A DNA stretch of 64,000 bases, taken from contig JACOWS010000002.1 in assembly GCA_016176685.1 (NCBI GenBank), positions 94,608-158,607 of the forward strand, written 5' to 3'. Below, piece by piece: positions 17,596 to 26,681 of this stretch. The stretch's first letter is position 1; the number at the start of each line of letters is the position of its first letter. The notes under the pieces were generated by a model. That model was not told the DNA's origin and did not search any database. It worked only from the letters and a program-made list of their open reading frames with translations. The position numbers and the translations under genes were made by a program. Source of the DNA: Patescibacteria group bacterium (GTDB lineage: Bacteria; Patescibacteriota; Minisyncoccia; Phycocordibacterales; SBAW01).

Positions 17596-18309
17596 CTAGA
17601 TGCGAACGCGAACCAGCGTCGTGTTGAGTATGTTGATGCTGCCTGCCTCTGAAGTTGCAACACCTGTTGTAACCCAGCCGCCGCCAGCACCTGCGCCGCC
17701 ATTACCACCATCGCCGGCCTCTGCGCCGCCGTTGTTGTTGTCGCCGTCGTCAACTTCAACCTCGCCGCCTGTGCCACCGTTGCCGCCTGTGCTACCTGCA
17801 GCATTGTTGTCGCCAGTGCGTGCCTTAGCGCGAGTAGTGTTGTCGATGGAATTGCACCCGCAATCCTCATTTTCTACCTTAACCTTGATCTCGGAGCTGT
17901 TCATGTCCTCTCCGTCGAGGTCAATGTCAACGTCAGTTGCGTTGAGCGAGTTTGCCGAGCCAGCCGCCGCCCCTGCGTCGCCCGTCTCTACCGTGCCGCC
18001 GATACCGGCGTTGCCGCCGTTGCCGCCCTCGCCGGCCAATGCGCCGCCGTTGTTGTTGTCGCCGTCGTCAACCTCGATGTCGCCGCCCGAGCCGCCTTCT
18101 CCGCCCCTGCTACCGCCAGCCACATTGCTTCCGGTTGAAGCGCGAGCCGAGGTTGTGTTGGTGATCGAGCCGGAGTTTTCAGTCTCTATCTTAATCGAGC
18201 TGCTGTTCATAGCCGCCGAAGCAGGCATCGCAATCGCCAAGAGCGAGAGCGCCAGTGCCGCCGTCATAGAGAGAGCAACCGCGCGATTAAGTGTTGTGCT
18301 TTGAGTCAT
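17596..18309 (-). CDS. secreted protein with internal tandem duplication (Gly/Asn-rich, acidic)
   Basis: 237 aa. Signal peptide. Two ~95-aa repeats (AR/KA.TG.N.AGGS.GG.GG.GG.IEVDDGDNNNGGA.AG.GGNGG). Repeat tail ETGDAGAAAGSANSLNATDVDID resembles the TGDAYAAANVLNVVNTNI module of the 1046-aa protein. Confidence 0.65.
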   Translation of the reverse strand: MTQSTTLNRAVALSMTAALALSLLAIAMPASAAMNSSSIKIETENSGSITNTTSARASTGSNVAGGSRGGEGGSGGDIEVDDGDNNNGGALAGEGGNGGNAGIGGTVETGDAGAAAGSANSLNATDVDIDLDGEDMNSSEIKVKVENEDCGCNSIDNTTRAKARTGDNNAAGSTGGNGGTGGEVEVDDGDNNNGGAEAGDGGNGGAGAGGGWVTTGVATSEAGSINILNTTLVRVRI

Positions 18310-18882
18310 ATCTGTATTCTGTATTAATCTTTCTAATGTATAAATCTGTCATCCCGCTTCCGTACGGACAAGCGTGAAGCCAGGCATCGACCCGCGAACT
18401 GGACTTTATTAAGTACAGCTCACAGGAGCACTCGCCTTCCCCCGCGGGTGGTGCTGTGAACTTTACTGCCTGCTGCTGTCTTCCTGTTGTGCTGGTGTCA
18501 AGGTTCGTCCGGGAAACAAAAACGCGCAACACCTTGAGCGATGTTACGCTTTGTCTGACGCTATTCTGTTGTACAGAGAAAACAACAGCATAATTTTATG
18601 CCGCTGGTTTCCCCGCACACTCGCAACCAACCTGGCGCTGTGTACCTGTCCATTATTGAACACCGCCCAGGCATGTCAACACTTTTTTCCACTATCGAGC
18701 ATACTACGATATACTATAGAGGAGCGTGTCAAACTTTTGTGCGGGCGCGGAAAAAACAGAAACACTACCGCGGTTGCGTACGCGGGCAAGACGGGCCCCA
18801 AACCCTGGGAAACCAGCGGAAAACTGGAGTTTTTGGGGCCCCTCTCGCCCGCTTACTTTTATGGTAAGCGGGCCCTGTAGTT

Positions 18883-19881
18883 TTAAGGAAGCGGCGGGAT
18901 AGGCAGGTTAAGTGCGGCGCACGTGAGGTTGTTTATTTTGCGCAGGGTTGTTTTGTACACGTAACCGGTTGCGGTTTGGTTACTTTGCAAGCCAAACGGC
19001 ACCCACGGCGCAAGTATCTCGCCTGCGTACTTAAGTTGGAATGCGCGCACAGCCGCATCGGTCAGCGGGCCGAAATAGCCGGTCACCGGCAACCCCGAGG
19101 CCATATGTTCGTTGAGAAATGTTTGCAGTTTTTTTACCTCTGCCGAGTCGTTTTGTTTGCCGCGGCGCAAGTAGGAGTTTAGGTAGGGGCCGCAGGATGC
19201 TTCCGCCGGAGCCGCAACTTCTGCCACGGTCGTGGTACCTAATACTTCCCCGCCGCCGACTTGATATCCCACCGAAAGTGGGCCGCCTATAACACCATTG
19301 CCACCTCCTCCGCTCGAAGACCCCGAGCTGGGAGAAGGGCTGCCCCCTCCAGTATTGGAAGGGGGGGGGTTTGAATCGTCTTCTCCACCCCCGGTGTCGG
19401 TATCGCCATCTTCCTCGCCAGTGTCTCCCGTATCGCCAGAATCGCCGGTGTCGCCGGTGGCCTGCTCGACACAGTTACCTTCGCCATCAAGCTCGTACCC
19501 TTCAGGGACAGCTTCTTGCACGCCATCTATGTTTGGGCACAGGTCGGTTGGTGCCGGCGGCGGCACAAACGCCGCGCAGTCCGGGTCGGCAAGGTCTATA
19601 AGGCCGTCCCCATCGTTGTCCAGGCCATCGCTACAGAGCGCCTGCGTATTTTCGGGCTCTGTGGGTGTGGCATCGTCGGGGCACGAGCCGCCATCCAACA
19701 CCGGTATAGGCGTGCCGATACCGCCAAGCTCGGTAAAGACGAGACACACGATATCGCCGCCGAGCGATGCCTGTGCCACGTGAGAATGTATAAAAAACGA
19801 ACCGGAAAAAAACAGCCCGAGCATCATACCCGCAAACATAGTTGCGCAATGCGCAGAAAAACCCAGAGTTTTCATAAGCAT
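18883..19881 (-). CDS. secreted acidic protein with thrombospondin-type-3-like Asp repeats and C-terminal peptidoglycan-binding domain
   Basis: 332 aa. Signal/TM at N-terminus. DGDGLIDLADPDC and (GDT)n acidic repeats. C-terminus AEVKKLQTFLNEHMASGLPVTGYFGPLTDAAVRAFQLKYAGE is homologous to the C-terminus of the 1046-aa protein. Confidence 0.7.
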   Translation of the reverse strand: MLMKTLGFSAHCATMFAGMMLGLFFSGSFFIHSHVAQASLGGDIVCLVFTELGGIGTPIPVLDGGSCPDDATPTEPENTQALCSDGLDNDGDGLIDLADPDCAAFVPPPAPTDLCPNIDGVQEAVPEGYELDGEGNCVEQATGDTGDSGDTGDTGEEDGDTDTGGGEDDSNPPPSNTGGGSPSPSSGSSSGGGGNGVIGGPLSVGYQVGGGEVLGTTTVAEVAAPAEASCGPYLNSYLRRGKQNDSAEVKKLQTFLNEHMASGLPVTGYFGPLTDAAVRAFQLKYAGEILAPWVPFGLQSNQTATGYVYKTTLRKINNLTCAALNLPIPPLP

Positions 19882-20015
19882 TCCAGAAAAACAGCGAATA
19901 AAGAGTTATAGACAACCGACAGTACAGACTGCCAACTACCATATACTTCTTTGGTGCGCTGTCAAAATTGACAATACCTTTTGGCTATGTCAGAAATTGC
20001 TACCCTTTTTCGACG

Positions 20016-21113
20016 CTACCTCCTAGATTGTATAAGCGTGCGTATGGTGCGCCACAGCGTGGCGTCGCCCCGAGCGCTGTCGGGCAGATACCAGCCATCT
20101 CCCTCTTTGGCGCCGTACTTAAAGAACGCGACACCGATGAGATTTTCTGTTTTGAGCGCCTGGGTATAGTCGTTTATTAGGTGTGCGGTTGTGGGTTTAA
20201 CCCATATGGGCGGCTCCTCCCATACCCCGAGCGACGGGATAAAAACAACTTTTGGGTCAATGGCATAGATCGAGCGCGTGGCGCGAAGCATAACGGTTGA
20301 GACAAAGTCGGGAAAGTATTCGTCTACATTTGAGTAGGCATTGACCATCACTATGTCGGCAACATTGTTTGCAAAGCTGTTGCCCGGCCGGAAGAAGTCG
20401 TCGGCATAGTCATAAAAATACCAGCCGTTCATCCGTATCATCACCGGATGCGCCAAGTCGACACTCTTTACATCAAGGTAGGCCTGCCCGAGCTGTGCGG
20501 CCGAGAGAGCAAATTTTGTCTCCCACTGTGGGTCGGGCTGTATCCCGCCGGTGCCAAACGGGAATACGCCGCCGTCTTCGTTTGAAGTATCCCACGCATA
20601 CAAAGCCGGGTGGCCCTTCCATGCGGCAACCCACTGTTTAACCTTTTCGCTCTGCCACACTGGCTTTTGCCCAGGAATAAAGTTGTCGTCGCACGTATAG
20701 CCCCACTCCGCCTCCCCCGCTCCGGCATTGAGTATTACCTTGAGGCCGGCGTCTCGCGCGCTGTCGAGAAAGTACTGCACGTCTTCCCTACCGGCGCAGA
20801 TGTCGAAGTTGCCTTCAATGACGTCAAACCCGGCCTCTTTTATTGCCGAGAAGTCTTTTTGCGTAAGGCCGAAATGGTCGTATACCGCTTCCCCCACGTC
20901 TTTGAGTATGGCAAGAGTGCCGCCCTGCGGGGCGGGTGCGGTTGCAGAGAAGTTTGTTGTTGAAGCTTTTTCTGGCTCGCTCACGGATTGTACCTCTTGA
21001 GCGGTTTGCAAAGGAGCGTTTGTTGACGGCGGTGTACGGAGCGCGAGTGCGACAGCAAACACAACCACTGCTACTAGCGCCAGGGTGGTAATTAATTTAC
21101 TCTCGGTTGACAT
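20016..21113 (-). CDS. membrane-anchored TIM-barrel glycoside hydrolase (clan GH-A-like; family unresolved)
   Basis: 365 aa. N-terminal TM anchor. Candidate acid/base in AWDTSNEDGG and nucleophile in SLGVWEEPP. 17-nt overlap with the upstream CE4 gene. Confidence 0.6.
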   Translation of the reverse strand: MSTESKLITTLALVAVVVFAVALALRTPPSTNAPLQTAQEVQSVSEPEKASTTNFSATAPAPQGGTLAILKDVGEAVYDHFGLTQKDFSAIKEAGFDVIEGNFDICAGREDVQYFLDSARDAGLKVILNAGAGEAEWGYTCDDNFIPGQKPVWQSEKVKQWVAAWKGHPALYAWDTSNEDGGVFPFGTGGIQPDPQWETKFALSAAQLGQAYLDVKSVDLAHPVMIRMNGWYFYDYADDFFRPGNSFANNVADIVMVNAYSNVDEYFPDFVSTVMLRATRSIYAIDPKVVFIPSLGVWEEPPIWVKPTTAHLINDYTQALKTENLIGVAFFKYGAKEGDGWYLPDSARGDATLWRTIRTLIQSRR

Positions 21114-22341
21114 AGGAAGCGGAGTTGTAGTTTAGGCCCGCGCTCTCTCCATTACGGGCAAACAGCTCCACGTTGTCTATGAAGACACTGCCTTTTGTCC
21201 CTGGAGTCGCATACACCTGCACGGCGGCGGTCTTAACCAGCACCGAGGTCGGCTGGTACACATAGGAGCGGTCAATGACATTTTGGTTATAGAGCGCGCC
21301 TTGCCACTTGCCGGAGACCCAGGCGCCGCTCTCATCGTACTCGTCTATATAGAAGCCGACTTCTCCCGAAGTAAGATTTTGGCTATCGGTATAGACTCGC
21401 AGCCCGTAGGTTACCCCATGGGATACGGAGACTTTTTTTCCAAACAAGTGGCCGCCTTTTGCGGTGCCCACCACCTTGACGGTGTTTTTGGGTGTCGGGT
21501 AGCTGCCATTGTTGGCGGTATTGAGCTTCATGCTGTTTGTATTGTCGGTAATCCAGCCGGCAAGCTCCTCTTCGAAGCTCGGGTTTGCAATGAGGTTAAC
21601 GGACTGCATAAGCACTTTTGCCACCGTCTTTGTTCTAATGTTTTTTGCGTCCAGATAGTCAATAAAGCTCTGGAACGTAGCCGTCTCCCAGGAGTAGTCG
21701 TCCGTTGGATCAACCGCGGGCAAAATCTCGTGGAATACCAGCACCAGCCAGCCGTCTTGTGCCACCGCTTCGTCTACCCACACTTTTGCCTGTTCCAGAC
21801 TTGTTTGGTTTGTCACATAGCGCACATACAAAAGATATTTGTTGTACGGCCAAAAATTGAGCCCCTGGTTTGCGAAAGCGCGGTGAGAATTATATTTTTT
21901 GGCAATAGCTGAAAGCACAATATTGTCATAAGCGCCAAAAGGAGTCGCAAAGTCGGTTGGGGTGATACCTTTGGCCACAAAGTTGCTGTAGTCTTGGTTA
22001 AGTTCACTGCGAATGGTCGAAAGCGGCACCGTCGGCAGCTCTATGTGCATGAGGCCGTGTGCGGCTACCTCAAAGCCGGTGGTATGAAGGTTCTTTACCT
22101 GATTCCAGGTCATGTACCAATCACTTTGACCTACCAGCCCGGAGTTTATGTAGAAGGTGGCCGTTTGACCCGCGGCTTTCAATAGTTGTGCGGGAGTCTG
22201 GTACTGCGAAGGGTTGCCGTCATCGAACGTCAAGGTCACGGTGCCTGCGGCATGTGCGACGGCCCCGCCTATGACAAACAACATACTCACCACCGCAATG
22301 CGCAGAGTGTGGAGAGAAATATAATTGAAGGAGAGCTTCAT
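21097..22341 (-). CDS. polysaccharide deacetylase (CE4, NodB domain) with C-terminal CBM-like beta-sandwich
   Basis: ORF 21097..22473. Start at MKLSF...AVAHA signal peptide. TLTFDDGNPSQY and HGLMH NodB motifs. C-terminal NLIANPSFEEELAGW-type CBM4/9-like region. Confidence 0.8.
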   Translation of the reverse strand: MKLSFNYISLHTLRIAVVSMLFVIGGAVAHAAGTVTLTFDDGNPSQYQTPAQLLKAAGQTATFYINSGLVGQSDWYMTWNQVKNLHTTGFEVAAHGLMHIELPTVPLSTIRSELNQDYSNFVAKGITPTDFATPFGAYDNIVLSAIAKKYNSHRAFANQGLNFWPYNKYLLYVRYVTNQTSLEQAKVWVDEAVAQDGWLVLVFHEILPAVDPTDDYSWETATFQSFIDYLDAKNIRTKTVAKVLMQSVNLIANPSFEEELAGWITDNTNSMKLNTANNGSYPTPKNTVKVVGTAKGGHLFGKKVSVSHGVTYGLRVYTDSQNLTSGEVGFYIDEYDESGAWVSGKWQGALYNQNVIDRSYVYQPTSVLVKTAAVQVYATPGTKGSVFIDNVELFARNGESAGLNYNSASYVNRE

Positions 22342-22583
22342 ACTTTTAACTATAGTTACTAATCTAATAATAAATAGCTGTTGCGATGATAATTGATTAC
22401 GTATCGGCACAGCGTACAAACGACTAGACACGCGGACACGGCGGTGAGGGTTAAAAAGCCGATGCTTATCCATATATTGCCAGCACTCAAGAGCATATAT
22501 CCTGCGTACCCGCTCAAAGCAGCGGTACTGATTCCTGATATACCTGAACCGCCATTGAAATTAAACATATTATTAGTAGTATT

Positions 22584-23816
22584 TTAGCTTACTCGCGTAC
22601 CCCAACCGTCAGTATAGCCGACTAGCAGGAACAGTTTGCGACAGCGGGTAACCAGACCCTGCGGTACCAAACCGTTTTTTTGCGTCACGGTACGGGTTAA
22701 CATAGTAAAAATAAAAAACAGATACGAGCCGACCACCACCAGGGTGAGTATATTGCTGTACACAAACTCCGGGACCATACTCGCGCGTAGTACCCAGTCG
22801 TACCTATCCTTTTCCTTATAGAACCTCATAAGCCATAGTTGGAACAGGTACCAGACGGCAACTTGCAAAAGAGACAAGCCTATAATCCAGCGAGCGAGCT
22901 GCGGATGCGCCGCCCCGCCGCCAAAGAGCGTGAGCACTATAAGCAGGTCTATCATGAGCACGGTGGAAAAGAACACGCCGTGGCCCAGGAGGTCTTGCAA
23001 CACCGGGGCCGCGCGCTTGGCTTTTGCTATAACCGTAATGCCGCCGTAACTCCAGCGCGTTCTTTGCCGCCACAACACAGAAAAGCGCTCCGGCACTTTG
23101 GTCCACGCATAGGCGTTTATGGCTGCCTTCACGCGCCATCCGCGTGTTTTAAGCCGTGCCGTTATTTCGTAATCTTCTATCAGATGCTTTTCCGCAAAAC
23201 CCCCCGCCCCGAAAAGCGCGCGCGCTCTAAAAGCGGTGAGCATGCCGTGCATCACCAGCGGCCCGCCATAAAAACCCTCATCAGCCAAGCGTGTGGCGTT
23301 AAAACCAAGATATTCGAGCCCTTGCAAGCGCGTGAGTAAATTTTTATCTTTATTCAGCACCGCGCACTGGGAGCAGACTGCGCCAAGATTGTTGTCTGAC
23401 ATAAGTTCTGCAACCAGGTTTTGCACGGTGGTTGGACTAACGACCACATCATCGTCAAGTGTCAGAATAACATCTGGCATATACTCTTTTTTCCCTTCAA
23501 AGATATATTTGAGGGCATAATTGAGCGCCCCCGCTTTGAGTGCGTTGGCGGGTGTGCGAAGCAGGGTTATCCGGCTAGACACTCGAGCAATTTTTTCAAA
23601 AATTTGAAAGGGGTCTTTTTCGTCCCGCGGAGTGCAGTCGTCGACCACATATACCGCGAGGCGCGGATTCCACCGTATTAAATCTTCCACCAGAGTTACC
23701 GTGAGTTCTCCCGGTTTGTAGGTCGGGATTATGGCGCATACGCTTGTCTTCTCTACATCAAAAAATGATTTAGTGGCCCGAGTCGGCAGGATAAAATTTT
23801 TGAAATTGATTGCCAT
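22584..23816 (-). CDS. processive membrane GT2 synthase (cellulose/chitin/PNAG-synthase-like)
   Basis: 410 aa. VYVVDDCT, TLDDD, and the Q-x-x-R-W motif (WRQRTRW), followed by 4 TM helices. Confidence 0.85.
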   Translation of the reverse strand: MAINFKNFILPTRATKSFFDVEKTSVCAIIPTYKPGELTVTLVEDLIRWNPRLAVYVVDDCTPRDEKDPFQIFEKIARVSSRITLLRTPANALKAGALNYALKYIFEGKKEYMPDVILTLDDDVVVSPTTVQNLVAELMSDNNLGAVCSQCAVLNKDKNLLTRLQGLEYLGFNATRLADEGFYGGPLVMHGMLTAFRARALFGAGGFAEKHLIEDYEITARLKTRGWRVKAAINAYAWTKVPERFSVLWRQRTRWSYGGITVIAKAKRAAPVLQDLLGHGVFFSTVLMIDLLIVLTLFGGGAAHPQLARWIIGLSLLQVAVWYLFQLWLMRFYKEKDRYDWVLRASMVPEFVYSNILTLVVVGSYLFFIFTMLTRTVTQKNGLVPQGLVTRCRKLFLLVGYTDGWGTRVS

Positions 23817-23983
23817 GGGGAAACGTTACTGCGACACCACAAAATAACAGAGCCTTGGTCGGCTATGCCGGTTTCCCATGCGCCATGCCAGAGCAGCACG
23901 ACGCACTACTTAAGTGTAAGTTACACCACTGCAGCGTCAATGTTTTTGTGTTGATAAAAATAGTGTGCCGGATGGTTTTTACC

Positions 23984-24778
23984 CTACCACAGGGCGTCTT
24001 TGACGTCGTGCTCGCCCACCCTGGTGCGTAAAATGTGGAGCGCGAGCGCGGGCACCCCCAGCAGCTTGCCAAGCTCGTGCGCTATAGAGCGCACGTAGGT
24101 GCCGGAAGAACACTCCACGGAGATGGTAGCTGCGGGGAAAAGGCGCGTACCGCTTTTTTTGAGATATCTCTGCCAGGTGCGGAGTATCTCCTCTTGGCGG
24201 AAGTCTCCTTGCACTAGTCCGACGCTTTGCTCGATGTAGGAGAGAAGCGTTTTTTCATCTACCTGGTACATTTCTTTCAGCTCGATATGGTAGATGGTGA
24301 CCGAGCGCTGGGGAAGTACTATAGCGCTTAGAGTCCCATTGCGCGCCCACTCTATAAGCGACCTGCCTTCGACTGTTTTGGAAGAAAAGGGCGGGTACTC
24401 CTGTTCGCGCTTGCCGCGGAACTCGTTGATGCCTTGCGCCACTCTGCGGCGGCGCACGCTTTTGGTGCTGCCGGCATCCATAACGCGGCCGAGGATGTCG
24501 TAGGTGTCGGTTGTAAAGCCAAACAAAACGTCTAGCGTGTACTCTTTATTTAAATCAAGATAGTTTGAGCGGTGCTTGTTGGCGCTCCCCACCAAACACA
24601 AAAGTACTCCTTCGGCCATAGGGTCAAGGCGCCCGGCATAGGACAGAACCTCGTGCAGGTAGCGCGGGTTTAACTCGCGTAGGCGTTCCAGACACTCGCG
24701 CGGCGTCTCGCCCTGCTTTTTATAGAGGTTGAGCACGATATCGCCCGCAGTGGCATGCTCGTTTTTGATATCATCCAT
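23984..24778 (-). CDS. truB: tRNA pseudouridine(55) synthase
   Basis: ORF 23984..24883. GRLDPMAEGVLLCLVGSANK and KEYTLDVLFG TruB motifs. Start at MDDIK. Confidence 0.85.
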   Translation of the reverse strand: MDDIKNEHATAGDIVLNLYKKQGETPRECLERLRELNPRYLHEVLSYAGRLDPMAEGVLLCLVGSANKHRSNYLDLNKEYTLDVLFGFTTDTYDILGRVMDAGSTKSVRRRRVAQGINEFRGKREQEYPPFSSKTVEGRSLIEWARNGTLSAIVLPQRSVTIYHIELKEMYQVDEKTLLSYIEQSVGLVQGDFRQEEILRTWQRYLKKSGTRLFPAATISVECSSGTYVRSIAHELGKLLGVPALALHILRTRVGEHDVKDALW

Positions 24779-24802
24779 TTCTGCTACAATGTACCATACC
24801 CT

Positions 24803-26050
24803 ATGGTTAAAAGAGAAAAATTGTCGGTGGAACCATACAAAGGAGTGCGCGACTTCTATCCAAAGGAGTTTGCCTTCATGCACTACCTAATGGCCACATG
24901 GCGGGCGGTCTGCGAGCGTTATGGCTATGTCGAGTACAGTGCTTCCATACTGGAACCGGCCGAGCTGTACCGCGCCAAAGGTGCCGCAAACGAAGAGCTT
25001 TCAAACGAGCAAACCTACACTTTTGTGGACCGCGGTGAGCGAGAGGTCACGCTCCGGCCGGAGATGACTCCGTCGGTTGCTCGACTCGTGGCGGGAAAAT
25101 ACCGCGAGCTTGCCTACCCGCTGCGATGGTACTCGGTGCAAAACTTTTTCCGCTACGAGCGGCCGCAGCACGGCAGGTTGCGCGAGTTTTGGCAGCTTAA
25201 CTTCGATATTTTTGGTTCCCGCTCGCGCGTCGCCGATGCCGAGGTTATTGAGCTCTCGTATGCAATGATGCTGGCCTTGGGTGCCACAGAGAATGATTTT
25301 GTTATCAAAGTGGGTAGCCGCAACTTCCTCGACGCACTGGTGCGCGAGCTTAAACTCGACGAGCCGGCGGCTAAAAAACTGCGGATGTTTCTTGACCGGC
25401 GCGCCAAGATGCCGCACGGCGAGTTTGAGCGCGAACTAGCCGACCTTGGAGTGGCGGCCGAGCTGATTTCTCCCGAAAAGGTGCCGGGCGATGTCGCAGA
25501 GATACTCTCGATATTGAAAGACCGCGGGGTCACCAATGCGGTGTTTGACCCTTCCATTGTGCGGGGTTTTGACTACTACAGCGGGGTGGTGTTTGAGCTT
25601 TTTGATACCGACCCCGCAAACCCGCGCTCGCTGTGCGGAGGCGGTCGCTACGACAATATTCTTGACCTCTTTTGCGACGACAAGCTCCCCGCCGTCGGTG
25701 CCGCCGCGGGCGATGCGACTCTGCAACACTTCCTTTCCTCCCGCGGACTCCTCCCCGAGTATATGCCGCCGACAAAAGTGTATCTGGCGGTTACTTCGCC
25801 CTCACTGGTAAAGGAGGCTGCCGCGATTGCCGATGAATTGCGTAAAAAAAATGTGGCAACCGCGATCGATTTTGGCGAAAAGAAGTTGGGCGACCAGATA
25901 AAAGCCGCCGCCAAACACGGCATCCCCTACCTGGTGGTCATCGGCGACAACGAACTACAGTCGGGCGAGTTTGTCGTGCGCGACCTCATGACCGGCAAAG
26001 AGGAGCGGCGGTCGCGCGCAGAGCTTTCCTCACTCTTTCTTACCTTGTAA
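24803..26050 (+). CDS. hisS: histidyl-tRNA synthetase
   Basis: ORF 24755..26050. Class II motifs, RDFYP, LRPEMTPSVAR, GGGRYD. Start probably MVKREK. Confidence 0.9.
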   Translation: MVKREKLSVEPYKGVRDFYPKEFAFMHYLMATWRAVCERYGYVEYSASILEPAELYRAKGAANEELSNEQTYTFVDRGEREVTLRPEMTPSVARLVAGKYRELAYPLRWYSVQNFFRYERPQHGRLREFWQLNFDIFGSRSRVADAEVIELSYAMMLALGATENDFVIKVGSRNFLDALVRELKLDEPAAKKLRMFLDRRAKMPHGEFERELADLGVAAELISPEKVPGDVAEILSILKDRGVTNAVFDPSIVRGFDYYSGVVFELFDTDPANPRSLCGGGRYDNILDLFCDDKLPAVGAAAGDATLQHFLSSRGLLPEYMPPTKVYLAVTSPSLVKEAAAIADELRKKNVATAIDFGEKKLGDQIKAAAKHGIPYLVVIGDNELQSGEFVVRDLMTGKEERRSRAELSSLFLTL

Positions 26051-26634
26051 TGCGGCGCATAACCCTGGACATAGAAACAGCGGGCTCCTTTTCGGGCCCC
26101 ATGCAAGACCCAACCGAGTTGGAACTAACTATTGTGTGCACCCACAACTCGGAGACAAACCAGTATGACAGCTTTTTAAAAGAGGAGCTTCCGCGCCTGT
26201 GGCCTATACTTGAACACGCGGACCTTTTGGTTGGCTACAACTCCGACCACTTTGACATCCCCATACTCAACAAGTACTATGCTGGCGACCTCGCCCGAGT
26301 GCCGAGTCTCGACCTCTTAAAAGAGATAAAAAACGTGCTGGGTCGGCGGCTCAAGCTCGACAACCTGGCCGAGGCTACGCTTGGCAAAAAAAAGAGCGGT
26401 AACGGGCTCCAAGCGGTCAAGTGGTGGGAGGAGGGCGAGGTGGAGAAGGTACGTGAGTATTGCATCGATGACGTGCGGCTTACGCTCGAGTTGTACGAGT
26501 ATGCAAAAAAACATGGGCTCCTGAAGTACCGCGACTTTTCAGGAGGCGACGTGCGCGACATCAAATTAGATACTTCAAACTGGGAAAAAACCCGCGGCCC
26601 TGCCCAAGCCATGACCCACACTTTGCCGTTTTAA
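26050..26634 (+). CDS. DEDDh 3'-5' exonuclease (DnaQ/RNase T-like)
   Basis: 194 aa. Exo I LDIETAG, Exo II GYNSDHFDIPIL, Exo III YCIDDVRLT. ATG overlaps the hisS TAA by 1 nt (TAATG). Confidence 0.75.
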   Translation: MRRITLDIETAGSFSGPMQDPTELELTIVCTHNSETNQYDSFLKEELPRLWPILEHADLLVGYNSDHFDIPILNKYYAGDLARVPSLDLLKEIKNVLGRRLKLDNLAEATLGKKKSGNGLQAVKWWEEGEVEKVREYCIDDVRLTLELYEYAKKHGLLKYRDFSGGDVRDIKLDTSNWEKTRGPAQAMTHTLPF

Positions 26635-26681
26635 TACTTGTGCTACAATGCTCTTAAGAAATTAACATAATATATACAGAT

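Noticed and set aside
17600-18304. 234-aa Pro/Ser-rich plus-strand ORF
   Set aside because: Antisense ghost of the Gly/Asn-rich 17596..18309 gene.
18780-18890. Hairpin GCCCGCTTAC-ttttatg-GTAAGCGGGC as a tRNA anticodon arm
   Set aside because: No flanking acceptor or T-arm (GTTCRA) could be found on either strand. More likely a terminator-like hairpin after the 18883 gene.
22359-22568. 69-aa hydrophobic minus-strand ORF between the CE4 and GT2 genes
   Set aside because: Gly/Ser-rich start, no RBS seen, and it overlaps the unlikely N-terminal extension of the CE4 ORF. It could be a real small membrane protein, but support is insufficient.
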